Positions 11,950-22,554 of a stretch of 64,000 bases of DNA are shown piece after piece. Source of the DNA: Carcharhinus longimanus (taxonomy: Eukaryota). The notes beneath the pieces are model-generated. The model was not told the origin of the DNA. It made no database searches and saw nothing but the letters and a program-made list of their open reading frames with translations. Location: the NCBI GenBank assembly GCA_030264375.1, contig JASCQW010000162.1, forward strand, positions 103,317,332-103,381,331, given 5' to 3'. Numbering within the stretch: the stretch's first letter is position 1; the number at the start of each line of letters is the position of its first letter. Both the position numbers and the translations under genes were made by a program.

Positions 11950-12513
11950 ACACTTCTGGAGATAATGCTGCAGCTGTATAAGACCCTGGTCAGACCCCAC
12001 TTGGAGTACTGTGCTCAGTTCTGGTTGCCTCATTNNNNNNNNNNNNNNNNNNNNNNNNNNNNNNNNNNNNNNNNNNNNNNNNNNNNNNNNNNNNNNNNNN
12101 NNNNNNNNNNNNNNNNNNNNNNNNNNNNNNNNNNNNNNNNNNNNNNNNNNNNNNNNNNNNNNNNNNNNNNNNNNNNNNNNNNNNNNNNNNNNNNNNNNNN
12201 NNNNNNNNNNNNNNNNNNNNNNNNNNNNNNNNNNNNNNNNNNNNNNNNNNNNNNNNNNNNNNNNNNNNNNNNNNNNNNNNNNNNNNNNNNNNNNNNNNNN
12301 NNNNNNNNNNNNNNNNNNNNNNNNNNNNNNNNNNNNNNNNNNNNNNNNNNNNNNNNNNNNNNNNNNNNNNNNNNNNNNNNNNNNNNNNNNNNNNNNNNAG
12401 TACATGGGACTTAGTAGGATTGAGGGTTATAGGTAAGCCTAGTAGGTAGAGATATGATTGGCGCAACTTGTGGGCCGAAGGCCTGTTTGTGCTGTAGTTT
12501 TTCTATATTCTAC
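11950..12513 (+). mobile_element. CR1 (HER1-like) LINE 3' end, partly in N gap
   Basis: MLQLYKTLVRPHLEYCAQFWLPH; tail gggccgaaggcctgtttgtgctgta. Confidence 0.9.
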
Positions 12514-12809
12514 GTCACATTGTTGATAATTTACTGCTAACATAGGAAATGTTTTGATGGGAGATAAAATATTCAAACTTTTCAACCTTGTAGTTTTAAA
12601 TTTTTATGGTTTCTCCATGGCATTGGGTAAGCATCAAGCATAATAAATCAGCAATACGTCATGTGAGTCAAAGTTATTTAGTCACTACAATCAAATGGCT
12701 AATCACAAGCTTAGCAAAATAAAAAGAGCCACATACCAAATAAAGAGCCTATTTTAAAAAAAAGCATCGAAAGAAGCAACAGTAACAAAATAACTTGATA
12801 TAAACTAAC

Positions 12810-13587
12810 CTGGATTCACCATAACGAATGTATTCTCAGCAGAGTTTTTTCCTGCTACGTCGTTCCATGTTTTTGGAGGAGATGTTGGTTTGATTGAAGT
12901 TTTGAGTGGATAGTTCTCTGCAGTTGAAACTTCTGATGTCATTCGCAATGGCTCAACTGTTGTCTGCTTGAAAGCTTTACTTGTTTGACTGCTGGTTACG
13001 TTTGAAAGGTCTTGTCTACTGGTTGAGTTTTTGCCTTCTTCAGTTGGACCACTTTGATCACCAGGTGATACCTCTGATTCAGTCTTATTTTGTGTCTCAG
13101 TTGTTGCAGTCACAACATTCTCCTGTTTCTCCACTACTTCTTTCCTTGAGCCATCTTTGCTTTCCTCTTCATCACCTTCTCCTTCTTCTCCTTCTCCTTT
13201 CTCGCTCTCATTTTCTTTCTTTTCATCTTCACCTTCTGCTTCACCAGTTTTATTAACAGCAGAACTACCCTCCGAGCCTGGAGATGACAATGCTTCAGTT
13301 GTTGAAACAACAGGTCTCACTCGATGTTTAGTGGTTGAAGCCACAGAGGGAAGGCGTGTAGGCCACACAGTACTAGGAAAGGAAGGAACACCGCCACCAC
13401 CAAACCCAAGGCTTGCAAGCAAGGTACTTGTTACCACAGATGCTACAGTGGTTTGACTTCCACTGGATGCAGGGCCTAGGCCAGTTGCCATAGAAACNNN
13501 NNNNNNNNNNNNNNNNNNNNNNNTCAAAGTAGATGACCCAGAACTGATTGGTGCCATATCAGCTGAAGAGGCAGGAGAGGCTGTAGG
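12810..13587 (-). CDS. PTPRG: Receptor-type tyrosine-protein phosphatase gamma, large extracellular spacer exon (778 nt, phase 0 to 1)
   Basis: [20 protein letters not shown]...[50 protein letters not shown]...acidic tract...FVMVNP closely follows mammalian PTPRG; acceptor ctgaag|CCT after a pyrimidine tract, donor CCAG|gttagt; 26 N inside keep the frame. Confidence 0.95.
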
Positions 13588-13659
13588 CTTCAGTGACATA
13601 CCAGAAGAATATGAAGAAAAATAGAAAGGATACAGTGTAAGTAGAAATATTGGACATAC

Positions 13660-13801
13660 CATTTTGGTTCTCATTATTATAGAAGCTTCGAAAAGAAGCT
13701 TCAACTTCTACGCTTTTTTCATCATCTCCAAAATCTTTCTTTTCATGCTCATTGTAATATTTTGACCCTTTTCCATTAGGAACTGCACTTCCTTTAACAT
13801 T
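13660..13801 (-). other. Candidate alternative exon / upstream acceptor of PTPRG
   Basis: Acceptor ttttcttgtttaaacag|AAT, donor AAATG|gtatgt, open frame NVKGSAVPNGKGSKYYNEHEKKDFGDDEKSVEVEASFRSFYNNENQN in phase with the preceding exon. Confidence 0.4.
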
Positions 13802-14286
13802 CTGTTTAAACAAGAAAATCATAAATACATAAGCTTCCCATTATACCTATGCTTACTTTCAGATCCTTTGTGGCTCCATTGACTTGCTGTATTAATATCA
13901 AAGATATTTCTTTACTGATCTGTTAGCTTTTTTCAGAAATCCATTTGAAATGGAAATTCAAAACGTATTTAAAAAGAGAAAAGAATGACAATATTAAATA
14001 CATGCAGTCTTTTGAACTCTTTACATATCACTCTTCTTTTCCTCGGCTGATAAAACAATTCAGGTTAAAGGAATTTTCTCAGTAAAAGTTTATAATCTTC
14101 AGTTTTTATTCATTGAAACTGCGTTTTTTGGAATTTTTTAAAAATTAAACTAATCAGCATCAATAATAAGAAGAAACTAAGATAGTATAACATTTACATT
14201 GCATTACGTTGCAATTGGTTTTAAAGACGTTAGCACCAAGTCAGTTCTGTCTTTATAGATAAGAAGGTAATAGATGCACATGCAGA

Positions 14287-14640
14287 GGCAATAGCCTAGT
14301 GGTATTATCACTAGACTATTAGTCCAGAAACTCAGCTAATGTTCTGCGGACCTGGGTTCGACTTCCCCCACGGCAGATGGTGGGATTTGAATTCAATTAC
14401 AAAAAAATCTGGAATTAAGAATCCACTGATGATCATGAAATCATTGTCGACTATCAGAAAACCCCATCAGGTTCACCAATGTCCTTTAGGGAAGGAAATC
14501 TGTTCTTATCTGGTCTGGCCTACATGTGATTCCAGAACCACAGCAATTTGGTTGACTTTCAACTGCCCTCTGGCATCAAGGGATGGGCAATAAATGCTGG
14601 AAAGCTAGCAGTGCCTATTTCCAATGAATGAATAAATAAA
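14287..14640 (+). mobile_element. tRNA-derived SINE (second family) with LINE-derived tail
   Basis: tagcctagtggta...ctgggttcgacttcc head; tail gggatgggcaataaatgctgg...aatgaatgaataaa; second copy at 45190. Confidence 0.85.
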
Positions 14641-16199
14641 TATATCATCGATACATTTAAAAAAAATCAAATTGAATGACAATAGTATTATGTACTTTTA
14701 TGCTTTAAAATATGTACTCGTGTAGTAAGAAAAGCAGTGGGGATATTGTTGCAGACCTGTGATTGCTTACTCCCTATCCATCAACTCAACTCTCTGGCAG
14801 TAATTTACTCACAGGAAGAAGAGTTTAAAAAAATCTTTCTGAATCAGTCAAACTGGCTTATTGGTTATTGAGTGGAACAGAGTGTTGCTTCAGAGTGTAT
14901 TGAGAACTGAACTTTATCTACTGCATGTTTTTAATATGGTGGAGCAGTGTTGTAACATCTCAAGTTGGAGGGGGACATGTTAATTCTTCCCACTTTCCAC
15001 ACATTCCCACAGCCAAGGAAGCATCAAGTGAAAGAACAATCAGATAAACAGCTACCATTGGACTGCTATTTTAAGCCATCTGGTGGTGGGTTGAAGAATG
15101 GCATTTGTAAATGCCAACTGACTGAAGTGGGTACATAGCATGGCCAGAATTTTGCAGCGAGAGAAGAGGGAAAGAAGAAGATGGGCTTTATTTTCTCACA
15201 ATGTGTGAGGAGAACATAAAAATCTTACTTAAAGATTTTGTTAAAAGCCAGAAAAGGTAATGTAAAAAATAAATATTTTAAAACATTCCTCTGTCAAGGT
15301 GGTTTAAAATGTCAAAGGGGTATGTGTAGTTTTATTAGCGCCTCACATTCAGCTGCTTGACACAATATGCATAGGTCTACTATTATTAATATTTTTAGAA
15401 ATCACAATGTATAATTTACATTCAAGTTGGCTCCTCTGATATTATTCAAATCGTATACAGCAGTATTTTCTTCCCTCCCTCAATTAGTCATCTCACTATA
15501 AATTAAAAAAAAGTGTATTAAATGTTTTTTATCCAACAAATTGCTGGCTGGGTAGAATAGTCCATGCAGTATACAAAACAGTCTTGTTTATATAAGTCTC
15601 ATATTTTGATCAATTATTACATTGGTGATTATATTGCAAAGAATGAAAAAAAGTGTGGCCTGCATAGGCTGATGATTAGATATAACAGTGACAAACAAAA
15701 GTGCTAAATTTTATGTTAAAATGACTGTGCTAAGTTCAGAATTCCATTTCAAAATTCACTGAATTCCCTGTGTCAATTGCTCCATAAGACCTAATGCATT
15801 TTCAAATAAATATTGCATTAATCTGCAATATATTATTCACCTCTTGGTGGTGCTGTCATAAGGGTTTCCAAAACAATGGGCTGGATTTTACATTTGCAAT
15901 TGGGTGAGCCGTCCCCACCCTCCCATCACTCCCTAAGATAACCCTGTAAGAACAAAGTGTCCATCCACCCTAAACACGACTAGAATCACTCTGTTCTTGA
16001 ATTTCTAGAAAATATGAATGAAATAATTTCCACCTCTAGTTGTAAGAGAAAAATGATTCAAAAATTAGTTGCTTTAAATGTGAACAATTGACGTAGGACC
16101 AACTAAATTATTTATCTATTGTCAACTTAACATTAACATTCAAACATTTTTGAATGTTTCCTTCATATCTTTTATAAGTAAACACTCTCCAACATATTT

Positions 16200-16219
16200 T
16201 GCTGCCATCTGCTGGTGAA
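16200..16219 (-). promoter_or_regulatory. CTCF-like motif
   Basis: Minus strand TTCACCAGCAGATGGCAGCA resembles the CTCF core consensus; motif match only. Confidence 0.4.
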
Positions 16220-16860
16220 CCTCGAAGGAAACAAAACACACAAAAATCCTCAAAGGTATTCAGCAAGTTAAAGCCATTAAATACACATTAGATATATTTC
16301 TGGTTAATTTAAAATCTGATGTTTCTTAACAATATTATTTTACCCAAGTTCATTTCTGAACTTGCAATTGAAATGTAACTGCAAAATATTAAAAGGAGTT
16401 TGTTAAATTGTTCAACGATGACCATTCTGTTTCCCTGAGAATGATAATTTGCATTTTAAATCCATATGAAAAGCACAACTTTAAATTTCAAATGTCTTTT
16501 CATAGAGGCATCGGGGGTGCAAGGAGATGGACCTTGATGCTTTTTCTGTTTCAGGCCCCTTATTCTCCCCCACCCACTTTAACCATCCCCNNNNNNNNNN
16601 GATTCACCAATCAATTCACCACAGAATCACAGACAGTTCCGAGTAAAATTATGATGCCCATTGTTATCATCTGATGACAAGTATTGCCTGATATATATGC
16701 AACATGAGTCACCAATATTAAGAGCAGAAATAATATTAATGCAGTATTAGTTTGTGTGTGCCCTATAGTTGATAACAAACCAGGGAAATACAAATTTTAC
16801 TTTAACAATATTCTGTAATATTGTCAATTTGACAGGAAAATACCTAATTCATTATTTATA

Positions 16861-16995
16861 ATGCAGAAAAGAGGCCATTTAGCCCTTCAAATCTGCACTC
16901 TGAAGTGGCATCTTGCACAAGTCTACCCCTTTATCTCCTCCCACCACCATCCTATCCCTGTGTATTTACCATGGCTAATCCACTAATCTACACAA
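16861..16995 (-). mobile_element. HE1-like SINE 3' fragment
   Basis: gcagaaaagaggccatttagccc (reverse of the SINE tail) and catggctaatccactaatctacaca. Confidence 0.65.
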
Positions 16996-17329
16996 CTGTG
17001 CCGACATTAATGCTGATTTCACTAACAGCTTCAGTAACAAGTTTCCACTCTCAATATATTCTGCATCTTACACCATATGAACACAAATTCATATCTGGAG
17101 CAAAGATTCAATACTTGCAACCACAAAAATTGCACAACATCTTTTCTATTCTGCACAAGTAGAAGACATTCTCCTGCCTGGGTACATGATATTATTCAAT
17201 ATAATTATTTCATGCTAAAGGTGCAATTGAATTGTATTTTATCAGTAATCTCTCAGAATAGAAAGATCACACGACTTCTGAGTGACAAAATGGAATGATC
17301 GAGCAACACAAGCCTTCACTGTCAGTGAG

Positions 17330-17885
17330 AAGCTCTGGAGCCCTCAGGTTTCAAATATAAGAAACAGGGTGGATGAAAGTTTTGAAGTGCATGCAGTGGG
17401 ATTTGTATCGTCCTAGGGTCTACAAAGAAATGGCTAGTGAAATAGTCGATGCATTGGCTTTAGTTTTCCAAACTTGAATAGATTTGAGGAAGATTCCATT
17501 AGATTCATAAATAGCGAATGTAACCCCTTTACACAAAAAGGGAAGTCAAAAATTAGGAAACCATGGGCCATGAGCTTAACAACTGTCCTAGAGAAAATGC
17601 TGTTGAAAAATAAAAGATAGTACATTTAAGGAGATATTTTTTCTCTCAGAGGGTCATAAGTCTTTGGAACTCTCTTCCTCAAAGGATAATAGAGGCAAAA
17701 AATTTGAATGTTTTTAAGGCAGAGGTAGATAATTCTTGATAAGCATGACGATGAAAGGTTATTGGAGTAGGCAGGAATGTAGATTTGAAATTAATAGATC
17801 AGCCATGATTTTATTGAATGGCAGAACAGGCTCGAAGGGCTGAGTGGCCTACTCCTGCTCCTAATTCATATGTTTGTATGTCCTT
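17330..17885 (+). mobile_element. CR1 LINE fragments (pre-RT piece joined to 3' end)
   Basis: ANVTPFTQKGK-like segment; 3' tail ggctcgaagggctgagtggcctactcctgctcctaattc. Confidence 0.8.
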
Positions 17886-18158
17886 TCCCTGCAGTTTCAG
17901 CAAGCTGCAAACTGAACATCTCCAGTGACTGCCACATTACCTCATTTATATTGCAGCACTGTTACCAATAGCAGTTCAGACAATAAAGTTGCTATTTGGG
18001 ATGAAAAGAAAAAATCAGTAATGCTTAGCTGTGTCTTGTAACTGTTCACAGGTGGACAGTGATATAATTTCTTCCCATTTTTCCTGCATGCATCTCTGGA
18101 GATAACGTGTTATTAACATGATGCCTTTTAGGGATAGAAGATTAATTTCTACACTTAC

Positions 18159-18208
18159 CATTCTTGTTTTTATAATCCTGGTTCCTTCAAATATTCTAGT
18201 TGTGTTGG
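18159..18208 (-). CDS. PTPRG: PTPRG small exon after the FN3 domain (50 nt, phase 1 to 0)
   Basis: ttttccag|CC AAC ACA ACT AGA...AGA ATG|gtaagt gives (A)NTTRIFEGTRIIKTRM, matching mammalian ANTTRIFQGTRIVKT. Confidence 0.95.
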
Positions 18209-18599
18209 CTGGAAAAGTAACAAATACAACTTTTAATGTAAAAAATGAATCAAAATAAATGAATTTATGAATAAAAAAGTTATAAAAGAAGCCATTTTGA
18301 AAATATAAAATAAATGTATCTCCTGGTTATAATTGGTTGGTGGTGAAAACATATTCAGCAACATACATTTGATCTGTTTAAAAAGACAGATTGCAAGGTA
18401 ATGTTTATAATTAACATTATGCAAGTCATTTGGTCATACTTGATTAAAATTATGCAATCAGAACTCGGTATGGTCTGTCCTGGAGGAAGTAAGCACACAC
18501 AAAAGACTCAGAATGCTGCAGCTAGGCAGTGTCAGATATTGTCTTCTACTCTTATGTTGTAAAGCCCATGAACTGGCATCCATTTGTTTCGACTTACAA

Positions 18600-18760
18600 T
18601 TAACCACTCAATAACTATCCATTGGCCCTCACTTGGACTCATTGGACTGCAGTGTTTCAAGGCAGCAGCTCACCACCACATTCTCAAGAGCATCTAGGGA
18701 TGGGGGAATAAGTGCTGGCCAGCTAGCCCTGCCCATGTCCCACGAATGAATAAACAAAAA
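18600..18760 (+). mobile_element. 3' end of CR1-like LINE (same family as 61985-62957)
   Basis: ggactgcagtgtttcaaggcagcagctcaccaccac...agggatggg.aataagtgctggcc...aatgaataaa. Confidence 0.75.
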
Positions 18761-18939
18761 TCACACAAAGGCTCACATGCAAATGATTCTTCTTTACTGG
18801 AACCTAAGATTCGAGTACTAGATTTAGATAAGGCTAGCTGCAAGGGGACAAAATAGAGACTGTCCATGGTAAACTTGGGAAATTTGTTAATGAGTTAAAC
18901 AACAGAATCAACAGAGGAAATGACAAAAAAATGTCCTGA

Positions 18940-20120
18940 GTAGGGCAATGGATTTTGTATACATGGATTTTAGTAAAGCCTTTGAGAAGGTCCCTCATGG
19001 CAGGCTGATACAGAAGGTGAAGTCATATGGAATCCGAGGTGAGCCGGTAAAATGCATACAAAACTAGCTTGGACATAGGAAGCAGGGAGTAGCAATGGAA
19101 GGGTATTTTTCTAACTGGAGGCCTGTGACAAGCAGTGTTTCACAAGGATCAGTGCTGGGGGCTCTGTTGTTTGTAATACAGAAAATGTAGGTGGTCTGAT
19201 TAGTAAATTTACAGATAAAAAAATTTGGAGGAGTAGCGGATAGTGAGGAGTTCTGTCAAAGGATACAGCGGGATATAAATCGGCTGGAGACCTGGGCCGA
19301 AAGATGGCAGATGGAATTTAGCCTGTACAAATGTGAGGTGATGCAATATGGAAGGTCTACTACAGAAGGGAAGTATACAGTAAATGGTAGAGCCCTTAAA
19401 AATGTTAGCATACAATCGGATCTAGGCATGTAGATCCACAGTTCCTTGAAGGTGGCAACTCAGGTGGACAAGGTGGTCAAGAAGGCGTTTGGCATGCTGG
19501 CTTCCATCAGTCGGGGCACTGAGTGTAGGAATTGGAAAATCATATTGCAACTATACAAGATGTTGGCTAGGCCGCATTTGGAGAAGTGTGCACAATTCTG
19601 GTTGCCACACTATTGGAAGGATGTTGCTGCATTGGAAAGGGTGCAGAAGAGATTTACCAAGATGTTGCCTGCTTTGGAGAATATGGACTATGAAGAAAGA
19701 CTGAACAAACTTGGATTGTTTTCATTGGAATGTCAGAGGATGAGGGGGTACGTGATAGAGGTTTGCAAGATTATGGCAGGCTTGGATAGAATGGATAGTC
19801 AGGGTCTTTTTCCCAGGGTTGAAGGGTCAATTACTCGAGGGCATAGGTTGAAAGTGAGAGGGGGAAAGTTTAAAAGGGATGTAAGGGTCAAGTTTTTCCA
19901 TACAGTAGGTGGTGAATGCCTGGAATGCGCTGCTGGAGGAGTTGGTGGAAGCAGTTTCTATAACAATATTCAAGAGGCATCTGGATAGATATGTGAATAG
20001 ACAGGGAATAGAGGGATATGAATTATGTAGAGGCAAGAAAATATTAGATTAGAAAGACATCTGTGTTGGCACAGACTTGGTGGGTTATAGAGAACTGTGC
20101 AGTACTGTTCTTTGTTCTTA
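18940..20120 (+). mobile_element. CR1 (HER1-like) LINE, 3' ~1.2 kb of ORF2 plus UTR
   Basis: YMDFSKAFEKVPH, VSQGSVLG, and ORF 19446-19988 ...LQLYKMLARPHLEKCAQFWLPHYWKDVAALERVQKRFTKMLP. Confidence 0.95.
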
Positions 20121-20450
20121 ATCCCCAGGACCAGATAGCTTCTGTCCCAGGTTTTGAAAGAAAATAGGCAAGCGCTTTACTGATATCCTAACTATGATAT
20201 TCCAAAGTACTCTCAATTCAGGAACAGTTCCTTTAGATTGGAAAATTGCACATCACTCCACTATTCGAAAAAGGTTAGGAGGGAGAGCCAGGAAATTATA
20301 GACCAGTTAGTCTAACATCTGTGGTCAGGAAATTACTAGAATCCATAATTGAGGGTAGTATGACCAAACACTGTCAAAACATTCAGCTGGTCAGAAAGAG
20401 CCAGCATAGGTTTGTAAAGGGTAGGTCGTGTCCTACAAATCTGACTGACT
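20121..20450 (+). mobile_element. Older CR1 fragment
   Basis: PGNYRPVSLTSVVRKLLESII...SQHRFVKGRSCPTNL. Confidence 0.85.
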
Positions 20451-20490
20451 TAAAACCACAGCTTTCCTTTTTGTTTTCAAATGATTACTA

Positions 20491-21660
20491 TCTGGTAATG
20501 AAGGTTGGTTGGAAGTACTTGTGCAGCTGATAAGAAAAATCTGGAACTAGCTCTATGCTGATCTATAGCCTTGAAACAAATTGCCACCATGTGAGTCAAG
20601 GATTTCAGGTACAGTGGGTAATTAAATCCTTCACCTGAGCCCCTTTCCCTATTTACTAGTTTAGGGTCCTTATGTCTGCCCTATTTATGTTTTCCACAAG
20701 GATCCTGGTCCCAGTCCAGTTCAGGTGGATCCTGTCTCATTGGTACAGTTCCCTCCTGTCCCATTACTAAGATCATAATAAGATCAAAAGAAATAGAGAA
20801 CCAGCAATAAGTCATTTCATCCATTGAGCTTGCTCTACCATTCAATATAGACTGTATAATGCAATAAAATGTCTGACAAAAGCTAGTGGTAGCAAAATAA
20901 ATATGGAGACAGGCAAGTGGATCCTGCAGTACCTGAACAGCATTTAGTGTCTGGAAAGAGGAAATACTTGCAATGACTTTCAATTGCTGATTGCCCATTT
21001 TTCAGCTAAAACTTAAATGATATTTAATATTCATAGGAAAGTTTGTAGTTATCACTGATGCCACCTTCAAGTAATGTAAATAAGACCAGGCTGTTTCTGG
21101 CTGAGAGCTATAGTACCCTGATTGCAACTGTGAGTTGCAAATGGTTGGTCTGCACACAATGCACAGTCCATTTAGTTATGGCAGGTTTTAATAACCTAGC
21201 CAGCAATCCTTACAGGAATCGCTGGAGGCTGCACAAAAGAAACAAAGTTTTACTTTGGGAAAAGTAGTAGTGTGATAACTGTATTGGACAATTGCCTCAT
21301 GCTGTTGCTGCAATCCTATGGAAAGAAAATGTACCAATTAACAAAATGATCTATCAATTTTTATAAGGCACAAATGAGTGCAGAGATCTGGTACTAGCAC
21401 CACATGATATGGAGCCTCAAAGCAAATTGCTCAATTTTTGGTTGCCAGGATCTTCAGATAGACTAGGTGGCAGATTATCCAGGTAGGAAAAAGAGACATA
21501 GAAACTGAAGAAGTAGGTGACTTTGGCAGCCACTGGTAGTGAAGGTTGGTTGAAGGTATTTGTGGAGCTGGTTGCAGAGACCTGGAACTAAATCTCTGCT
21601 GATCTATAGCCTTGAGAGAAATTGCCATCATATGTGCCAAGGACTTCAGATATAGTTGGT
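20491..21660 (+). repeat. Pair of ~130-bp diverged direct repeats (20491-20618 and 21532-21660)
   Basis: ctggta.tgaaggttggttg.a.gta.ttgtg.agctg...ctggaacta...tgctgatctatagccttga.a.aaattgcca.cat.tg...caagga.ttcag in both. Confidence 0.8.
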
Positions 21661-22554
21661 GGTATATGGGAGATGGATGCACCCTTGCACTGGTGGGGTT
21701 GGGGGTGGGGGGGTGGTGGGGGAGTGAGCCAATGTAAGCAATCAGAGATTGTGAAAGGGCTGGTGAGCAGTTGGAGAATATGGGGGAGTGATTGTATCAG
21801 TTGGAGATTGTGGCGATGGGAATGAGGAATTGCAGATTGTGGGGGCTGTGAACAGTGACAGACAATGAAAAAGATGTAAGCAATCTATGGGTGAATGGGG
21901 ACAAGCAGAGATTGAAGGATCGTCTGGAAATTTGGAGACTGGGTAGGAGCCTGAATTTGTGGGAACTACCTCATGGATCTTCAGACCTGTCTTTACTTAC
22001 TGATAAAACCTGGAGTATGCAGCCTCTTTAAAGGATTTTACTGATCTCATGAGATGGTGTTGAGATGACCTTCAATACTGTCTCTGTTAAATGAGTGGGT
22101 TCAAGGCTGTTTCAGGTCAAGTTTGAGAATGTTTCTCAAGCCTTCCACCTGTCTACCCATCCTTGGCATTAAAATTCCCCATCGACATTCCAGGCCTGAC
22201 TTGTGCAAAAGTGAACAAAATATGGGAGAAATGTCTCTGAATCTAAATCAAACTGCAGCAAACTGTCAGAATGACAATTGATCTACAATAATCACAAGTT
22301 TACACCTGCTTCAACACGAGGCAGGACAATCCTTAAGAAAAATGAACTGAGTAACGACACTGGCACTGGACTTGCCATGTAAGGATGACAGTGTCTGTAT
22401 GACTACAATAGGACCTGTGTGCTGAGGTCTTGTGATGTAGCCCTTTGAAAACAGACATTCAAACATTCCATATGCAACGGAATTATATGTTTATTTAGCA
22501 TTCTCAACACACATTTTCTCCAAGACCTATATATCTAGGCTGTACACCTTGTGT

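Noticed and set aside
12981-13456. Plus-strand Leu-rich and Ser-rich ORFs
   Set aside because: Antisense shadows of the purine-rich PTPRG exon
13588-13704. N-terminal extension of the 299-aa ORF resembling a signal peptide; FEASIIMRTKM looks like a duplicate of exon FEGTRIIKTRM
   Set aside because: The hydrophobic part is the translated polypyrimidine tract, homology starts at 13587, and no pyrimidine-rich acceptor supports that frame, so the resemblance is probably chance
16611-16793. Hydrophobic minus-strand ORF (ALILFLLLILVTHVAY) as a possible transmembrane exon
   Set aside because: Lies upstream of the spacer exon, has no similarity to the PTPRG TM segment (WIIPLIVVSALTF), and no splice-site pair was identified
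19446-19988. 180-aa ORF
   Set aside because: C-terminal part of CR1 ORF2, not a host gene
21693-21723. G-rich run able to form a G-quadruplex (also ~23899-23917)
   Set aside because: Low-complexity tract in decayed repeat sequence with no other support
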